The notes under the pieces are model-generated. The model saw nothing but the letters and a program-made list of their open reading frames with translations. It ran no database searches and had not been told where the DNA came from. Shown here one piece after another: positions 10,890 to 23,399 of a stretch of DNA of 64,000 bases (positions within the stretch are counted from its first letter, which is position 1; the number at the start of each line of letters is the position of its first letter). The DNA comes from Eledone cirrhosa (taxonomy: Eukaryota), in the NCBI GenBank assembly GCA_964016885.1, contig OZ024743.1:94736001-94800000 (forward strand). Direction: 5' to 3'. The position numbers were made by a program, and so were the translations under genes.

Positions 10890-11165
10890 GAATTTGTTTT
10901 GCGAGATTTCTTATCTTGAAACAGATATTGTTATACTTTGGGTGGGTCGTGTTGTCAATAAGAATACACGCACATGTCAGTTTTCACTTCAATTTATCAT
11001 AAATTTCCGGTTGATGGGTTGGTTCAGTAACCGGAAGATTGTTTATATATTGTCAAAGTTCTTTCGTCACACATTCTGTAACCTTTTCAGTGACTAGGTT
11101 GTTTTATTTTGTGTGTAGCTCCTTTGTTCTGTCCTGCACCATCTTGTTTTTGTGTGTTCTTTTCT
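10890..11165 (-). mobile_element. Older diverged pLTR of a related PLE subfamily with a decayed hammerhead at 11051-11095 (duplicate at ~42677-42952)
   Basis: Colinear with 3890-4200 (gatattgttatactttggg...ctttcgtcacaca...ttcagtgact); core mutated to CUGAAAA. Confidence 0.8.
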
Positions 11166-12289
11166 TTTACATTTCTTTCAACTTCATTTGAGTCCTGAAG
11201 TTTATAAAATGGGAATATTATTATTTTTTTAATGCGTCAGTTTCCCAAATGACTACTTAGGGTCTTTGATCTGTTGATGGTGTACTGATGAATGTGTGTA
11301 TTGTTTATATGGACCCGTAACTCCTGGAGGAACCGTGGGTGTCGCCTTTGCCATTTTGTTAGCGGGGCATGGCTGAGGCACCGCTTAGACTAAATTATAG
11401 TATCTGTCCCTCCCCATTTCCCTTTCAATCGTTGCTTGAATATTGGTTGCTACGAGACGTGTAGAATACTCTATGCTGAGTAAATATAACAATCAATTGT
11501 TTCTTTTATCCTGGACATCCTGCTTGACGCATCTACTGGCTCATCTACAGCGAAGTCAAAGGAAGTTCTAGCCAGACAAAGCTATAACGCCGAAGCAAAT
11601 CAATTAAACCGTTGATTGAAGCTATACCTACATATAGAATTAGAGAGAAAGTGACGTCCTCTATCAACTAACTTACCCTGTGGATCCCGGTCGACAAGAT
11701 GGAGAATACATTGCCTCGAAGGTCGGTGAGGGAGACGCGCTGGAACAGCCATTCCACCATGCGGGGATCGCACCTGAGGAAGGCCAACCCCGCTCCAATA
11801 GCAGTGAGTAGGAATGTGGTCTGGGGATAGTGGGGGTGACAAGAATGCCGGAAATCTCCACTGCTACAGGCCCTATCACAAACCTATCAGAGAGCGGCCG
11901 TTACTTTTCTTGATTTAAATCCAAATAACGTTTACAATTTCCGCGTATGATTTTAATGTATAAAAATAGGAAAATATATGATGTAATATTATGTTTATTC
12001 AGATTCATAATAAAACTCAATTATAATTCTTTGTATGAAAAATAAATAATTATTTTGATAAATGAATAAATGATTACAAAAGGTAACGAAATGAAAAAGT
12101 TCATGTGATATTCTGTTCAAAATTAGCACCGGATTTCGTAAATATATATAGATATATCTCACCATATATTTATTTATTTATATATCTGTTTTACTATTGT
12201 TAAATAGTGTTCCATATTTCTATCTTTCTCACCATTCATTCTCCATATACACAACCATTTATTCATCAATCAATCCATCCATTTTTTCT

Positions 12290-12360
12290 TCCATCCATCC
12301 ATCCGTCCATCCATCCATCCATCCATCCATCCATCCATCCATCCATCCATCCATCCATCC
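12290..12360. repeat. (CCAT)n microsatellite
   Basis: Directly visible; longer in block B (~44074-44153). Confidence 0.95.
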
Positions 12361-13072
12361 AATCCATACATCTTCCCATCCTGCAATCCATTCTTACGTT
12401 GACTGTTGTTAAATGATGTTCTCTCTTAAATAGTACAATTCAAACGTCTTTTGAAACTACACGTTCAAATGTGTAGTTTCATTAGGAATGTTGCTTAGTA
12501 AAAATGTTGCTGGGTTAAAATCTATAATGACAGTATCCACGAATACATCTTTTTGTCGTGGGGTCAAACCTTCTACCATAGCCACAGGAAGCCATAATAT
12601 ATCTGCCATATGCACAAATAGCATAATGAGAACATATTTGTAAGCAAGGCTGTTTGTCTCTCGATTTACAATCACATCCTTTAGGAACGACACATTTTTT
12701 GTTGATGTAACATTCTGTAATAGAGAAAGAAGAAAGGTTAGCTGAAACAAGACAAATTTACGAAATAGGAAATATATATGTATAGAATTAATAATCATTT
12801 ATAAACCAAATGCTTTGGTGCTTATCGTCTCAAATTTACAAGTTGCGTGAAGCTGAATAGTCCTACAGCAAATATGTGATTAGATGGCAGATACAACCTG
12901 AAACTAGCAACATTTGTGTGTTTTTAAGCATACACACGCACTATATGCAAATGAGCATCGCCAACCAAAATTTAATAGGCAAACAGCATATAAGCTTTTA
13001 GTTTATTCTTGTCTTATGACAGTGTATATAAAAGCATATCCTTATGTTTATGTATAATAATTTTAAAAGGTG

Positions 13073-13525
13073 TGAACATGTCACAGTTATCTCAGCAGTG
13101 GTGAGAATGCCAGGTAGATATTTATGCATTTTATCCTTCAACAGTAACATATATTTACTTGCTACTGAGACAAAATCTGCTAAAACCTATATAGTGTTTG
13201 CATATCAATAATCCGCTAGTGAAAGGGAGATAATTAGGTAGCAATATCAGCGTTTTTCGTCACAGGGTTGTATATGTTTAATATATAATAAACACAAATC
13301 TCGCCTTGAAATTTTCAAAAAGTAGGGATCATGTCACAGGTATCTTAGTATTGGTGAGAATGTAAGATAGCTATTTCCGGATTGTTATCCTTCATCAGTG
13401 ACATTTATTCATTCGCTACAGAGACAAAATGGGTTAAATCTCCTATGGTTTTTGCGTATAAGACATTAAATGGAGATGCTCATTTGCATATAGTGTGAAC
13501 ATTACTGTTGAAAGGGAGATAACTA
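13073..13525 (-). repeat. Diverged ~253-bp tandem repeat with hammerhead motifs (duplicate at ~44869-45321)
   Basis: catgtcacag...tggtgagaatg...atccttca.cagt.acat...gctac.gagacaaaat...gaaagggagataa occurs twice. Confidence 0.75.
13360..13404 (-). ncRNA. Partly decayed type I hammerhead ribozyme
   Basis: AUGUCA CUGAUGA A GGAU aaca AUCC G GAA AUAGCUAU C^UUACAU, with a palindromic stem III. A more decayed copy is at 13107-13150 and a duplicate at 45156-45200. Confidence 0.6.
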
Positions 13526-14234
13526 TGTTGTACTAACACACACATTGTTCTTTGTCTTGTATGTTGAACCCATAACTTGTAGTAAAGGCATGGTAGTGTC
13601 ATACAGCGTTTCTTGGACATTTTTGAAACCTGGTGGAGTCTACTCCACCCAAGGGCTAATTACAGTCAACTTCTTCCAGGGAGGGCGAGAGAGAGTGATA
13701 GAGTGAAGAAGTGAGTAAGAAATACAGAGGTAAAAAAAAACGACACCAGTATTGGACTGGTATCTTTTATTATCGATGACGAATCGATGAAAGGCCTAGT
13801 TGACCTCAGCAAGATTTGAACTGACAGAGTAGAGAGCCGGAATGAAGACTTCAAAGCATTCTATCTGACGTTCTAAAGACTTTGTTAATTCGCCGCCTAT
13901 TTATCTTGTAGGATACATTATATATTGTAACGAAATGTGAACCCATGAAAAACTAATGCTGTATGTCTGTTTTGGTATACGTCCTCAAATATAAACATTC
14001 TTCACTACTCTAGTTACAATAACCTATACTGACCTATATTTGTTTATTTTAACCATGATATGGTCACATACACCCCCCTCCTTTGATAAACAGTTCTTCA
14101 CACTTCGACTACCCCTACCCTTATTAGACTACAACCATCACCATCTACCATATCCATAAGAGCTACTATCACATACAAATATACATATGAGTGCACATTA
14201 CACTGCTCTGAAAAGTTTAACATTATAAAAATAA

Positions 14235-14415
14235 GTGTTTCTACTTTTGGCACACGGCCAGCAATTACCCCAGTGCATTACTGGTACTTTATTTTATCGA
14301 CCCCGTAAGGATGAAAGGCAAAGTTAACATCGGCTGGATTTGAACTCTGACCGTAAAGGGACGTAACTATGCTGGAAAGCATGTCCAACCCTCCACCGAT
14401 ACTGCACATTGACCG
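14235..14415 (-). mobile_element. tRNA-derived SINE (cephalopod type)
   Basis: Head contains a B-box (GAGTTCAAATCC); core reads gcctttcatcct..ggtcgataaaataaagtaccag. Confidence 0.8.
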
Positions 14416-14444
14416 CCCAATTCACTGCCAAAAAATAATGGGTT

Positions 14445-14640
14445 CTAATTTAAGTAGAAAATCAGCAATTTGGGGAAGAGGAAAATCGATTAAATCGACC
14501 CCAGTACTTTCCTGGTACTTAATTATATCGGCTTCTGGAAGGATGAAGGGTAAAGTTGACTTCAACAAGATTTGAAACGAGAACGTAAAGAACCGGAACA
14601 AGTACATGGCACTTTGTCCGGTACTTTAACGATTCTACCA
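14445..14640 (-). mobile_element. tRNA-derived SINE, immediately 3' of the tyrosinase stop
   Basis: Same family core (atcgaccccagtac...ctggtact...ggatgaa..gttgac...gatttgaa). Confidence 0.7.
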
Positions 14641-14656
14641 ATCAAAACATACATAA

Positions 14657-16586
14657 TTACTTACTTTGAGATGTTGTTGTTGTTGGTACTAGTGTTGTTG
14701 TTGTTGTCGGTACTGGTGTTGTTGTTGTTGTCGGTACTGGTGTTGTCGTTGTGGTTGTTGTTGTCGGGGTTGTTCTAGTTGTGGTTGTTGTTGTTGTTCG
14801 AACTGGTGTGGTCGTTGTTGTAGTCACATTACTGCTGGTAAATGGCCACCGGCTGTCATCACAGTGGAAAACAATTGGAATATTCTGGTGCTTCAGTTTC
14901 GGTCGAATCTGGTTGTTATAATCCCAGACCTTCATGTAAGTATCTGCGAGGGTTTTACCGTAGAAGGCAGTGTCGTTACGAGTTATGTTCAAAAGTCCTA
15001 TACATTCTGTGTATCTTGGTGGGTTGGAACCTGGAACTAAGCAAGATGGCCGGCATATTCTTCCACATTGTTCCGTAACTGTTAGAAATACGAGAGCAGC
15101 TCCTTTTTCGGGGTCTCTGATACCGATATAAGCTAGATCTGATGATACAGCTAATCTACGGTCCACTACCACCATTTCTTCATAATTTCCAAAATAATTG
15201 ATGCCACTGGCTTGAACATTCACTCTTCCTGCTGGTCCACAACACTTATTCATTCGACAAGTAGAATTACTGGACGAGGAATTTTTGGATAGACTGTTGT
15301 CGTATATATCATTCAATAAGTTTGGTTGACCATTTACGATTGGGAAATTTCCAAATCTCATCGTCTCGTAAGGTCGTTCGTAAATTATTTCGATCGGAAT
15401 AAATGCCCATTCTTTTAAATCACACACACGGTTGATACAAAACATATTTTGATAGGGAATGAGAGTATTACAACGAGTTGTTGATTTAGATTTTGTTACA
15501 CATCTTCCATTTTCGCATGTTAAGTATCGAGGATTACAAAGATTTGGATTGTAAGTACAATTTCCAAGTAAGTAATCATAATCATATTTGTAAATACCAG
15601 TGTAACTTTGAGTTACTTTTAATGCTTCTGCGACTGTTAAATTCATAATGCCAATACTTTGGTTGGGAGCATAAATATCTAAACCAAAATCTGTAGGATA
15701 ATCTGTTGCAGGATCGATGTTGTTTTTCCTTTGGTTTTCATTGAAACGTGTGTGAACAAGTTCTACATAACTGTGAAGTAGAAAGAAGAAAGGATCCATG
15801 GGTGCAGATGGAATCATAGACATATGTCCTCCAACAGAAACGTGCATAGAATTATGCATAAGTTCAAAGTTATAGCGTCGGTCAGCGTTTGGTTCTGATA
15901 TTTCCTCGAGTTTCGTTCGAGTGAGAACATCTTCGATATTACGATGTGTTGGCAAAGTTGTGCTGAAACCTCCATTCCTTACTAGATGACCAGATGGTGT
16001 GGTCCAATTAGCAAACGGTCCACGATTTACAAATCCATTGACTGTTCCCATGAACGTGTCCGACCAGATAATGGAATCTCGAGGATTAGAAAGAGAAGCA
16101 TCAAGAGTTGGATCCCAAAATGGAATTGCTACAGTTGGTACTTTTGTACGAAGAGCATCTTCCATCCTGAAATTTAAAAATAAAAACCACATTAACATAT
16201 TTCTAATGACATATTTAATGAATGAAATATTACGAGGGATTTATTTAAATTATCAATTATTTTAATTATTAAGATCGTATTTGTTTCAAAACTTATCTAA
16301 CGGGCTTAAATAAAATTTATATAAAATTCTCCGAATTGAGAGATCACAGCTCCGATACTATAGGCATGTGGAAGGAATGTCTCAGGAAAGAATCGCTGGA
16401 CAGATTTTACGGCCAAAACCAACCGGCAGGAGGCCCAGGAGTAGACCCGGGCATGATGGTCGGACCACATCCATGAGCCTGGCTGGTTTCGCTTGAGGAT
16501 CCAGTCGGATCAGTTGGAGATGGTTGCTTCTGACAGGACCGACTGGAATGAGTGTGTGACGACTCTGCCTTCACGACCCTCTCAGA

Positions 16587-16632
<46 letters not shown>

Positions 16633-17773
16633 TGTTTGTGTATGTTGTGTTATGTTGACCTAGGATTTTGGATATAAAATAGTAGTAATCTTCGTTTTTT
16701 TTCATTAATGCTTTATTTTAACATAGATGGAGGAAAAGACTATGAAAGGGGACCAAAAGGGAAATGAAAAGAAGAAAAAAAGAAGAATCAAGCAACGAAA
16801 GAAAGGGAAAATGGGGGACAGATACTACACCCCAGTTTGAGCAGTGCCTCAGCTGCGCCCTGTGGACAAAATGACAAAGGCATATACCACGGAGAATGGC
16901 TAGAGATACCCGCTACAACAGCCATCCCATCTCACGGGGCTTCCTCCTCGAGCTAGCTGCTGTCTTTCCGATAAGCATTGTGGGGACCACGGACATCAGA
17001 GGTCTCGACGGACACCGGTACAACGAAGAAGCGGTTGGTCAGGACCCGGTATTAAACTACAATTATATTTCATGCCTTGCGGTATTCATTTTGGCTATCT
17101 TCTCTCTGAGTTCAAATCCCGCCGAGGTCAACTTTGCCTTTCATCCATTCAAGGTCGAAAATAGTACCAGTCTAGTACTGGGATCGATACTTCCTCTATA
17201 TATCTTTCTCACTTTCATTCTCTCACTCTATCTTTCTCTGGAAGAAATCTGCTTTATTCAGAACTAGGGTGGAGACGGGCTCTGTCAGGTTTTAAAAAAT
17301 ACCATAGAATCACTGTATGTCAATATGGGGCTCCTACAAGTCCCACACAAGAACAACTGTTAAAACAGCAAAATGCCGACAATATTCATGGAATAATGGC
17401 GAAAAATCAGCGCAAGAGTAGCTGTTAAAACATGGTATTTAACGGCATTTTGGTGTTAACAGCTATTCTTGCGATGAGTTATATTTTTCATTATTCTATG
17501 AATTCTAATATTAAAGTTATTAGCATAATATTACAGTAGAAAAAATAAGTAATTGGAAAATACTGAATTATTTACATTTTTAAATAAACTCTGTGCCAGG
17601 TGAGGAATACAGGACCATTGTGAGCATTTCTGGCAGTCGCACCTGTATGGAGGAAGGCGATAGCATCGTAAACATTTGGTTCCATGCTCTGTAAGATAAA
17701 GAAAGAGATATAAGACATTACAATCATTGAAACAAAATATGGAGGCAGGTGTATATATATACACACACACACG

Positions 17774-17811
<38 letters not shown>

Positions 17812-19391
17812 ATTACTTCTCTCGTAAGTGTACATATATATGAATATATAGTGAATTTTTTCTTTTTAAAACTTGTATCACTATCAACTTATACACAACA
17901 GCAACACGTCTCTTCTCTTTGCTCTTTAACCTCTTAAAACGTATTGAAGCACAACTAGAGTGTCCTGTCGAGATTTCTTAACCCCACCTTTTTTTTATCA
18001 TAGTTCTATTGAAATACATTGCAAATAATTTTCAATGAATTTATGAAAATATATTTTTTTAAATGTTGGAATTCAGTAAAATAACGTTTTCATTAGTAAG
18101 CTGGTTACATAAAATTATGATGGAATGTTTCTATATAATTATGAACACTTTAAAGCGGACAATTTTATATCATAGAATAGGAGCTGTTTTAAGTATCAAA
18201 AGGGTTAAATGCTATAATTATACTTCTTCTAAATGATGCAAATGATGATATTGTACAAGTAAACACTTGATCAAATATAAAGACTGTCTGAACAGAAGGT
18301 TATTGAGTATATAGCTCTGTAGCCGGCACGTTACAATGCAAATGACCCCGTAACTCACATACTTTACTAGCGTGTATTAAATCGATCTGCTATGAATAAT
18401 CCACTTCCACTCACGAAAGTATCTATATGTAGATAATATACTAGATTTCTCACTTCGCAGCATCCTCAACATCTGCTGGAGTGATAGAGCGATTTTGTTA
18501 CCAGCATTGAAGTTCTTGAAGAGACAGAGAGCACCAATGCATGTTTCCCGAATAGAAAATCATCATCGCTGCATGGCGAACTCTTCATTTTCCACTGAAA
18601 CAGAGGGATCCGCAGCAAATGTACAAGGGTTCTCTAAAGAAATCTCTTTAAGCATGTCATATTGATCACCACCAGAGGTATGATATGTCCTCTGATCAGG
18701 TGATCTGGTGACATACCATCTGTCAATTTCCTCCTTCGAGAATGAATGGAGGACTGTTGATGAAGACAAAAGTCCGGGGAAGAAATGTAGTATGGTAACA
18801 CTGAAACCAGAACAAAATTAGACTTACTCTTGCTTTAGTCGTGTTTGCCTATCTTACGTTTTTCTCGTCAGTTACCAGCGAGCCTACGATAGATGTGGAC
18901 AGCCCCTTTCATAAATCTTCGTTAACGAAGTAAAGTCATGATACTAGTTTAGTAAAATATCAAAGTCTGTCAGTACTCTGAACTTCTCTCAATAATATTC
19001 ATATAAAAAAATAGAACCTTACCGTATCTTGTTTTAGAAGATGAATACTACGGTGGAAATCATATCTTTCTTGTTCACTGAGTTGTCTATATTCCTTCCT
19101 TACTCGGAGCATTATCATAGGATTTGGTTGTGATGTTTTTGGTTCATCGGTTGGTAGATTATAATTTAGATAGTTTGTTGTCCAATTAGGACATATTTTC
19201 GCCATTTGGAGCTGACCGATGCAATATTTCCATATATCGGCCTTCTTTTCAATTGGTGGATTTGTCGATTTGCATACATTATTAAAACAGTCTGGAACAT
19301 AGCTACCTATTTCTGGAACATAATACTGTATATCTGACTTCACGTAAACAAAAGCCAGCAATATGATGAATGCTAGGTACAGACGATTCAT
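14657..19391 (-). CDS. tyr: Secreted tyrosinase / type-3 copper protein, copy A; coding exons 19391-19023, 17688-17576, 16166-14657; 663 aa
   Basis: Signal peptide; RVRKEYRQLS; CuA H..AHNGPVFLTWHR; IPFWD; CuB HNSMH..GG.M...P.DPFFFLLH. GT-AG junctions join in phase 0 and phase 2 to give WHRVYLKMMEDALR. Confidence 0.93.
16328..16631 (+). mobile_element. RTE-type LINE 3' end with (AAT)n tail, in a tyrosinase intron (duplicate at ~48124-48448)
   Basis: Encodes RIERSQLRYYRHVEGMSQERIAGQILRPKPTGRRPRSRP followed by an AAT tail. Confidence 0.8.
17070..17190 (+). mobile_element. SINE fragment
   Basis: gagttcaaatcccgccgaggtcaactttgcctttcatcc. Confidence 0.75.
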
Positions 19392-19580
19392 TGCTGAAAA
19401 TATAAGAAAATGTAAAACATCATTCAGACGAAAGCATGGCTGTTAAGGAGTCTACTTTGCAACCACGTAGTTCTAGGCTCTGTCACTCTGTGCGGTGCTT
19501 CGAGCAAGTGTTTTCTACTAGTGAAATTTGGTAGACAGAAATTACAGTGTGTCTGTCTGTCTATATGTTTGTTTGTGTGT

Positions 19581-19582
<2 letters not shown>

Positions 19583-19672
<90 letters not shown>
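19583..19672. repeat. (AG)n microsatellite
   Basis: Directly visible. Confidence 0.95.
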
Positions 19673-19676
<4 letters not shown>

Positions 19677-21193
19677 TATCTCCGTATCTTTGTTTACGTT
19701 TATGTTTGTGTGTGCAGTATTTGTTCCAGCTCTTGAGATCATTAGCTCAATCCTCATCGAAATCAACTTTGCCTTTCATTCTTCCAAATTTGATAAAACA
19801 AAGTGTCAGTTCAATACAAGGATCGATTCTCTACCTCCTCTCTATTTCTCTAGAAGAAGTCGGTTATGTTCAGACCTAGAGAGAGATGGGCTCTGCCAGG
19901 TTTAAAGTGGATGTAACGACGAGACTCCACCAGGAGTTAAGAGCTCAAAAGACGCACACTTATGGGATTCAACTCACATATTTGCTTCTTTTTATGGCTT
20001 ACACTAAAACTAACCTGGGCGGGATTTGAACTCATCCATTTACACAATAATAATTTCAATAAATGCTGGAAAGAACGAGTTGATCTTGGTAAATATTGGT
20101 TTCAAATGTTCTAATTGAGGCGAGTTTAAAGAAATACCCTGTCTAATCGAATATCAATTCAAAATTAAGATATATAACACTGACATTCTCCCTCTACCTA
20201 TTTATGTATTAAATTTTGTTACTTGGTCTGCAAAACAAACTTCGAAAATTGAAGTATTTCAAAACCATGTCATGAGATTTATTACTGGTAAACGCCTAAC
20301 AGACAGAGTTAAAATATTATTGTACATCTACGAGAAATGATACAACAATGAGCAGTTTTTGATAGCAATTCTCTCAAGTTGTTTTGCTACGTCAAATTTT
20401 CTATTTGTTGTCTCCCGAAAATCTTTCTGAAGAGGATATTATATCTTGAAAGAGAAATTAGGACGTTCCAATGTATATGAAGAGATCAGAGCCTAAAATC
20501 TGCTTGGAGCATATAGTACATGAAAAGCGAAAATGAAGACGCCTCACTGATAGCTGGAGACACCATTTCCTAAAATGGTCTTAATCCAAATCATGGAAAG
20601 AACTCAATAAAATGACAATGAACAGAGAGAGAAATGGAAAAAATACGTTCGTAAAGTTTCATACTCTACTACCGGAAACGGAAATAACGATTACCAAGCA
20701 GATTGCTAGATTTCTTCAATCGTGATTCAGTGAGACGATTATTATATTTTTGTTTGCTGTTACTAATACAATGTTTTGGAGTCTTTTGAGGTGGGAGAAA
20801 TGAGATAAGATTGAGTGATGTTTATGAAGAAAATATCGGAGTTATTTGAATTATCTCTACAATCCTCACGAAATTATTTCAAAATAATTAGCCATTTTGT
20901 CTCTATTGTGGGGTCGTTTACAATTGCTAACGTCTCTCTTGGGAATCCAGTCAGTTCTGTAAAGAGCGTTGTTTTAAATTATTGGACCTATTGTAGTATA
21001 TTACTGGTATATATTTAACCAAGCGTAATGTAAGTTAAATCAAAGGTAACCAGAAACATCTGTGAATTGATTTAAATAGCAATAACTTCATAATGTATTG
21101 ACACTAGTAAGACATGGAGATGGTGTTGTATAAATTAGAACTTCAGTTATGATATTGCTGTATGAACTTGTCATAATACAGTAAGACTCTTAC

Positions 21194-21275
21194 CTTCAGT
21201 TGGTTCTTAACACTTCCAGAACAATGTAGCTTGACAAAGTGATATGAATTCTTAAATAGTTACGGTATATATATA
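21194..21275 (-). promoter_or_regulatory. Putative tyrosinase promoter and non-coding exon 1 (TATA 21275-21266, Inr ~21240, donor after 21194)
   Basis: TATATATATA lies ~30 nt before TCACTTT, followed by AAG|GTAAGA. The ATG exon starts 2 nt after a ttttcAG acceptor, so an upstream exon is needed. Confidence 0.6.
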
Positions 21276-21879
21276 GAGAGAAATAGAAATATTTGGAAAT
21301 ACCAGAATCTAATTAACTCTATGCCTATTGTTGGTATATATAATAACACATGGGAAGCGATGAATTAATTGCATGTTTCATGCTCTCCCACACACACTGC
21401 CCATCCCACAATTGTTGCAATCAAACGTCCTTTTACAGTTGTTGATATCACTCGATACAACACGTGCTTATAGTAATCTTACATCAGTCAATGCTGTCCA
21501 TCCCGGAACTCTCAGTTTATGACGAAATGCATTGCATTGAATATTTTTGAAACCCGTTGTTCAGGTTGTGGACTTTCTTTCCCACATCAGTCTGCACCAA
21601 GCAGACATATGGTCAAAGGCGTTCCATTCGTGACCATCCCATCGTTCTTTGTTGTTGTATATATATTTTAGGATTACATTGGACAATGTGTTCTCCCGTT
21701 TTATAACGGAGGGAATTTGACTATGAAGTTTGTACTCCGTGGTTTGTAACTAACTTTTTAGTTGCAGCCATGTCATGAGTCCTTAAACTTTTGTTGGAGA
21801 GAGCCCATACCTCTCCAAGTTTGAACAGAGAGAGAGAGAAAGAGTGAGAGAGATAGAGAGAGAGAGAGAGAGTATTAGA

Positions 21880-22015
21880 CCGGTACTTTATTTATCGATC
21901 TCAAAAGGAGAAAGACAATGTTGACCTCGGTTGGATTTGAACTCATGGCACAGGGAGCCGGCGCAAACACCGCAAAATATTCTATCTGACATTCTAACGA
22001 CTCTGCCAATTTGCA
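21880..22015 (-). mobile_element. SINE fragment
   Basis: ggtactttatttatcga...gttgacctcgg..ggatttgaactca. Confidence 0.7.
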
Positions 22016-23261
22016 GCTTAAATTGTTATATGCAATATGAGAATGACAAAAAGAAAAAAGAAAACACATGGAGGAGAAATGCAAAAGCAGGGGACCCTAC
22101 ACCCTTGACTGCACTTCACAGACAAGATGGCGAAGGCATTACTGTAGAGACGAGCCAACAATACTTGTTGCGTCAGCCATTTCTACCTCATGAGGTCAAC
22201 TTTACATCCTTGATGGACAGTGTATATCAGCTACTGCATCTTACGGACAAAATGGTGAAAGCATTGTCGTGGAGAACAGACAACGATACTCAATACATTT
22301 ATCCATTCCACCTCGTTGAGCTCCTTCCTCAAGCATAATGCCCTCCCTATTGGGAGGAGGAAAAATGACAATCTGTGGATCGAGGGAACCCAACGTCTCA
22401 ACACATTATACTCAACTGTAACCTATGTAGTATGAGAATTTAATCCTAAATTATAGGACTTCAAACATTATCTTGGGAATGACTTGAATAATAATGGGCT
22501 CAAACAGATGAATTACCACTAATATCGAAAGAATTGGAAACGCATGATGTGGTTGGAGTATTACACCTAAACCTTTGCTCATAAGATAGTGGGTTAAATT
22601 CCTCCATGGAACTACGCGTTGTTTTCTTGAATAAAATATGTTATTTTATGGTGCTCTTTTTACCAGGAGTTGTGCCTCACAGATAGTAATCAATAAAGGA
22701 AAAGACCAATGAAATAGTTGTTTCCTTGGTCCAATCTGATGACCAGATTCTATTCTATTTTTTCCCCTAAAGAAATTAAGGTGTTATATTTATCGATATT
22801 TCGGAGGAACCCATAAAAGGTGACCTCGGCACTATCAACTGATTTGAACAACGGTACTCTCACTTCATCTTATTAGGTAATCGAAGCTGGAATGGCTTAA
22901 CTTGAAGGTCTGGTGATAGGAGAGATGGGCAGATAGATTTAAATCCAACGAGAATCGAATTGGAATTTCATCGATCTTGGATCGATATTATAAAGTACCA
23001 TGTGCGGGTCTCGAACGCAACAGACTAAACTTGCGCTCAACGTGTGCTCCGCTGTCTGTGTTGAGAAATACAATATATATACATACAATATATATACATA
23101 TACAATTGTTTCTATATCGATCAGCTCATGGTACATTTATAATTTTATAATCATGGGGCCTGACTCTTCTTCGACATCTCCTTAAATATGCGCGTTTTAT
23201 ACACACACACACATATATATATGCGTGTGTGTGTGTGTGTGTGTCTGTGTGTATGTGTGTG

Positions 23262-23384
<123 letters not shown>

Positions 23385-23399
23385 ATATCATCATGATCA

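Noticed and set aside
11690-11840. GC-rich segment with a CCT-TCCTC-AGG hairpin resembling HDV ribozyme P3/L3 (minus strand)
   Set aside because: I could not build P1 and P1.1 in the correct order.
16167-16198. ORF-track N-terminus MLMWFLFLNFR of the 513-aa ORF
   Set aside because: It is intronic polypyrimidine/acceptor sequence; the exon starts at 16166.
18563-18769. 68-aa intronic ORF
   Set aside because: No recognisable motif, and its start is removed by a ~51-bp deletion in block B.
20427-20465. CTGAAGA-hairpin-GAAA in tyrosinase intron 1
   Set aside because: No credible stem I or stem III; it appears to lie in decayed LINE sequence.
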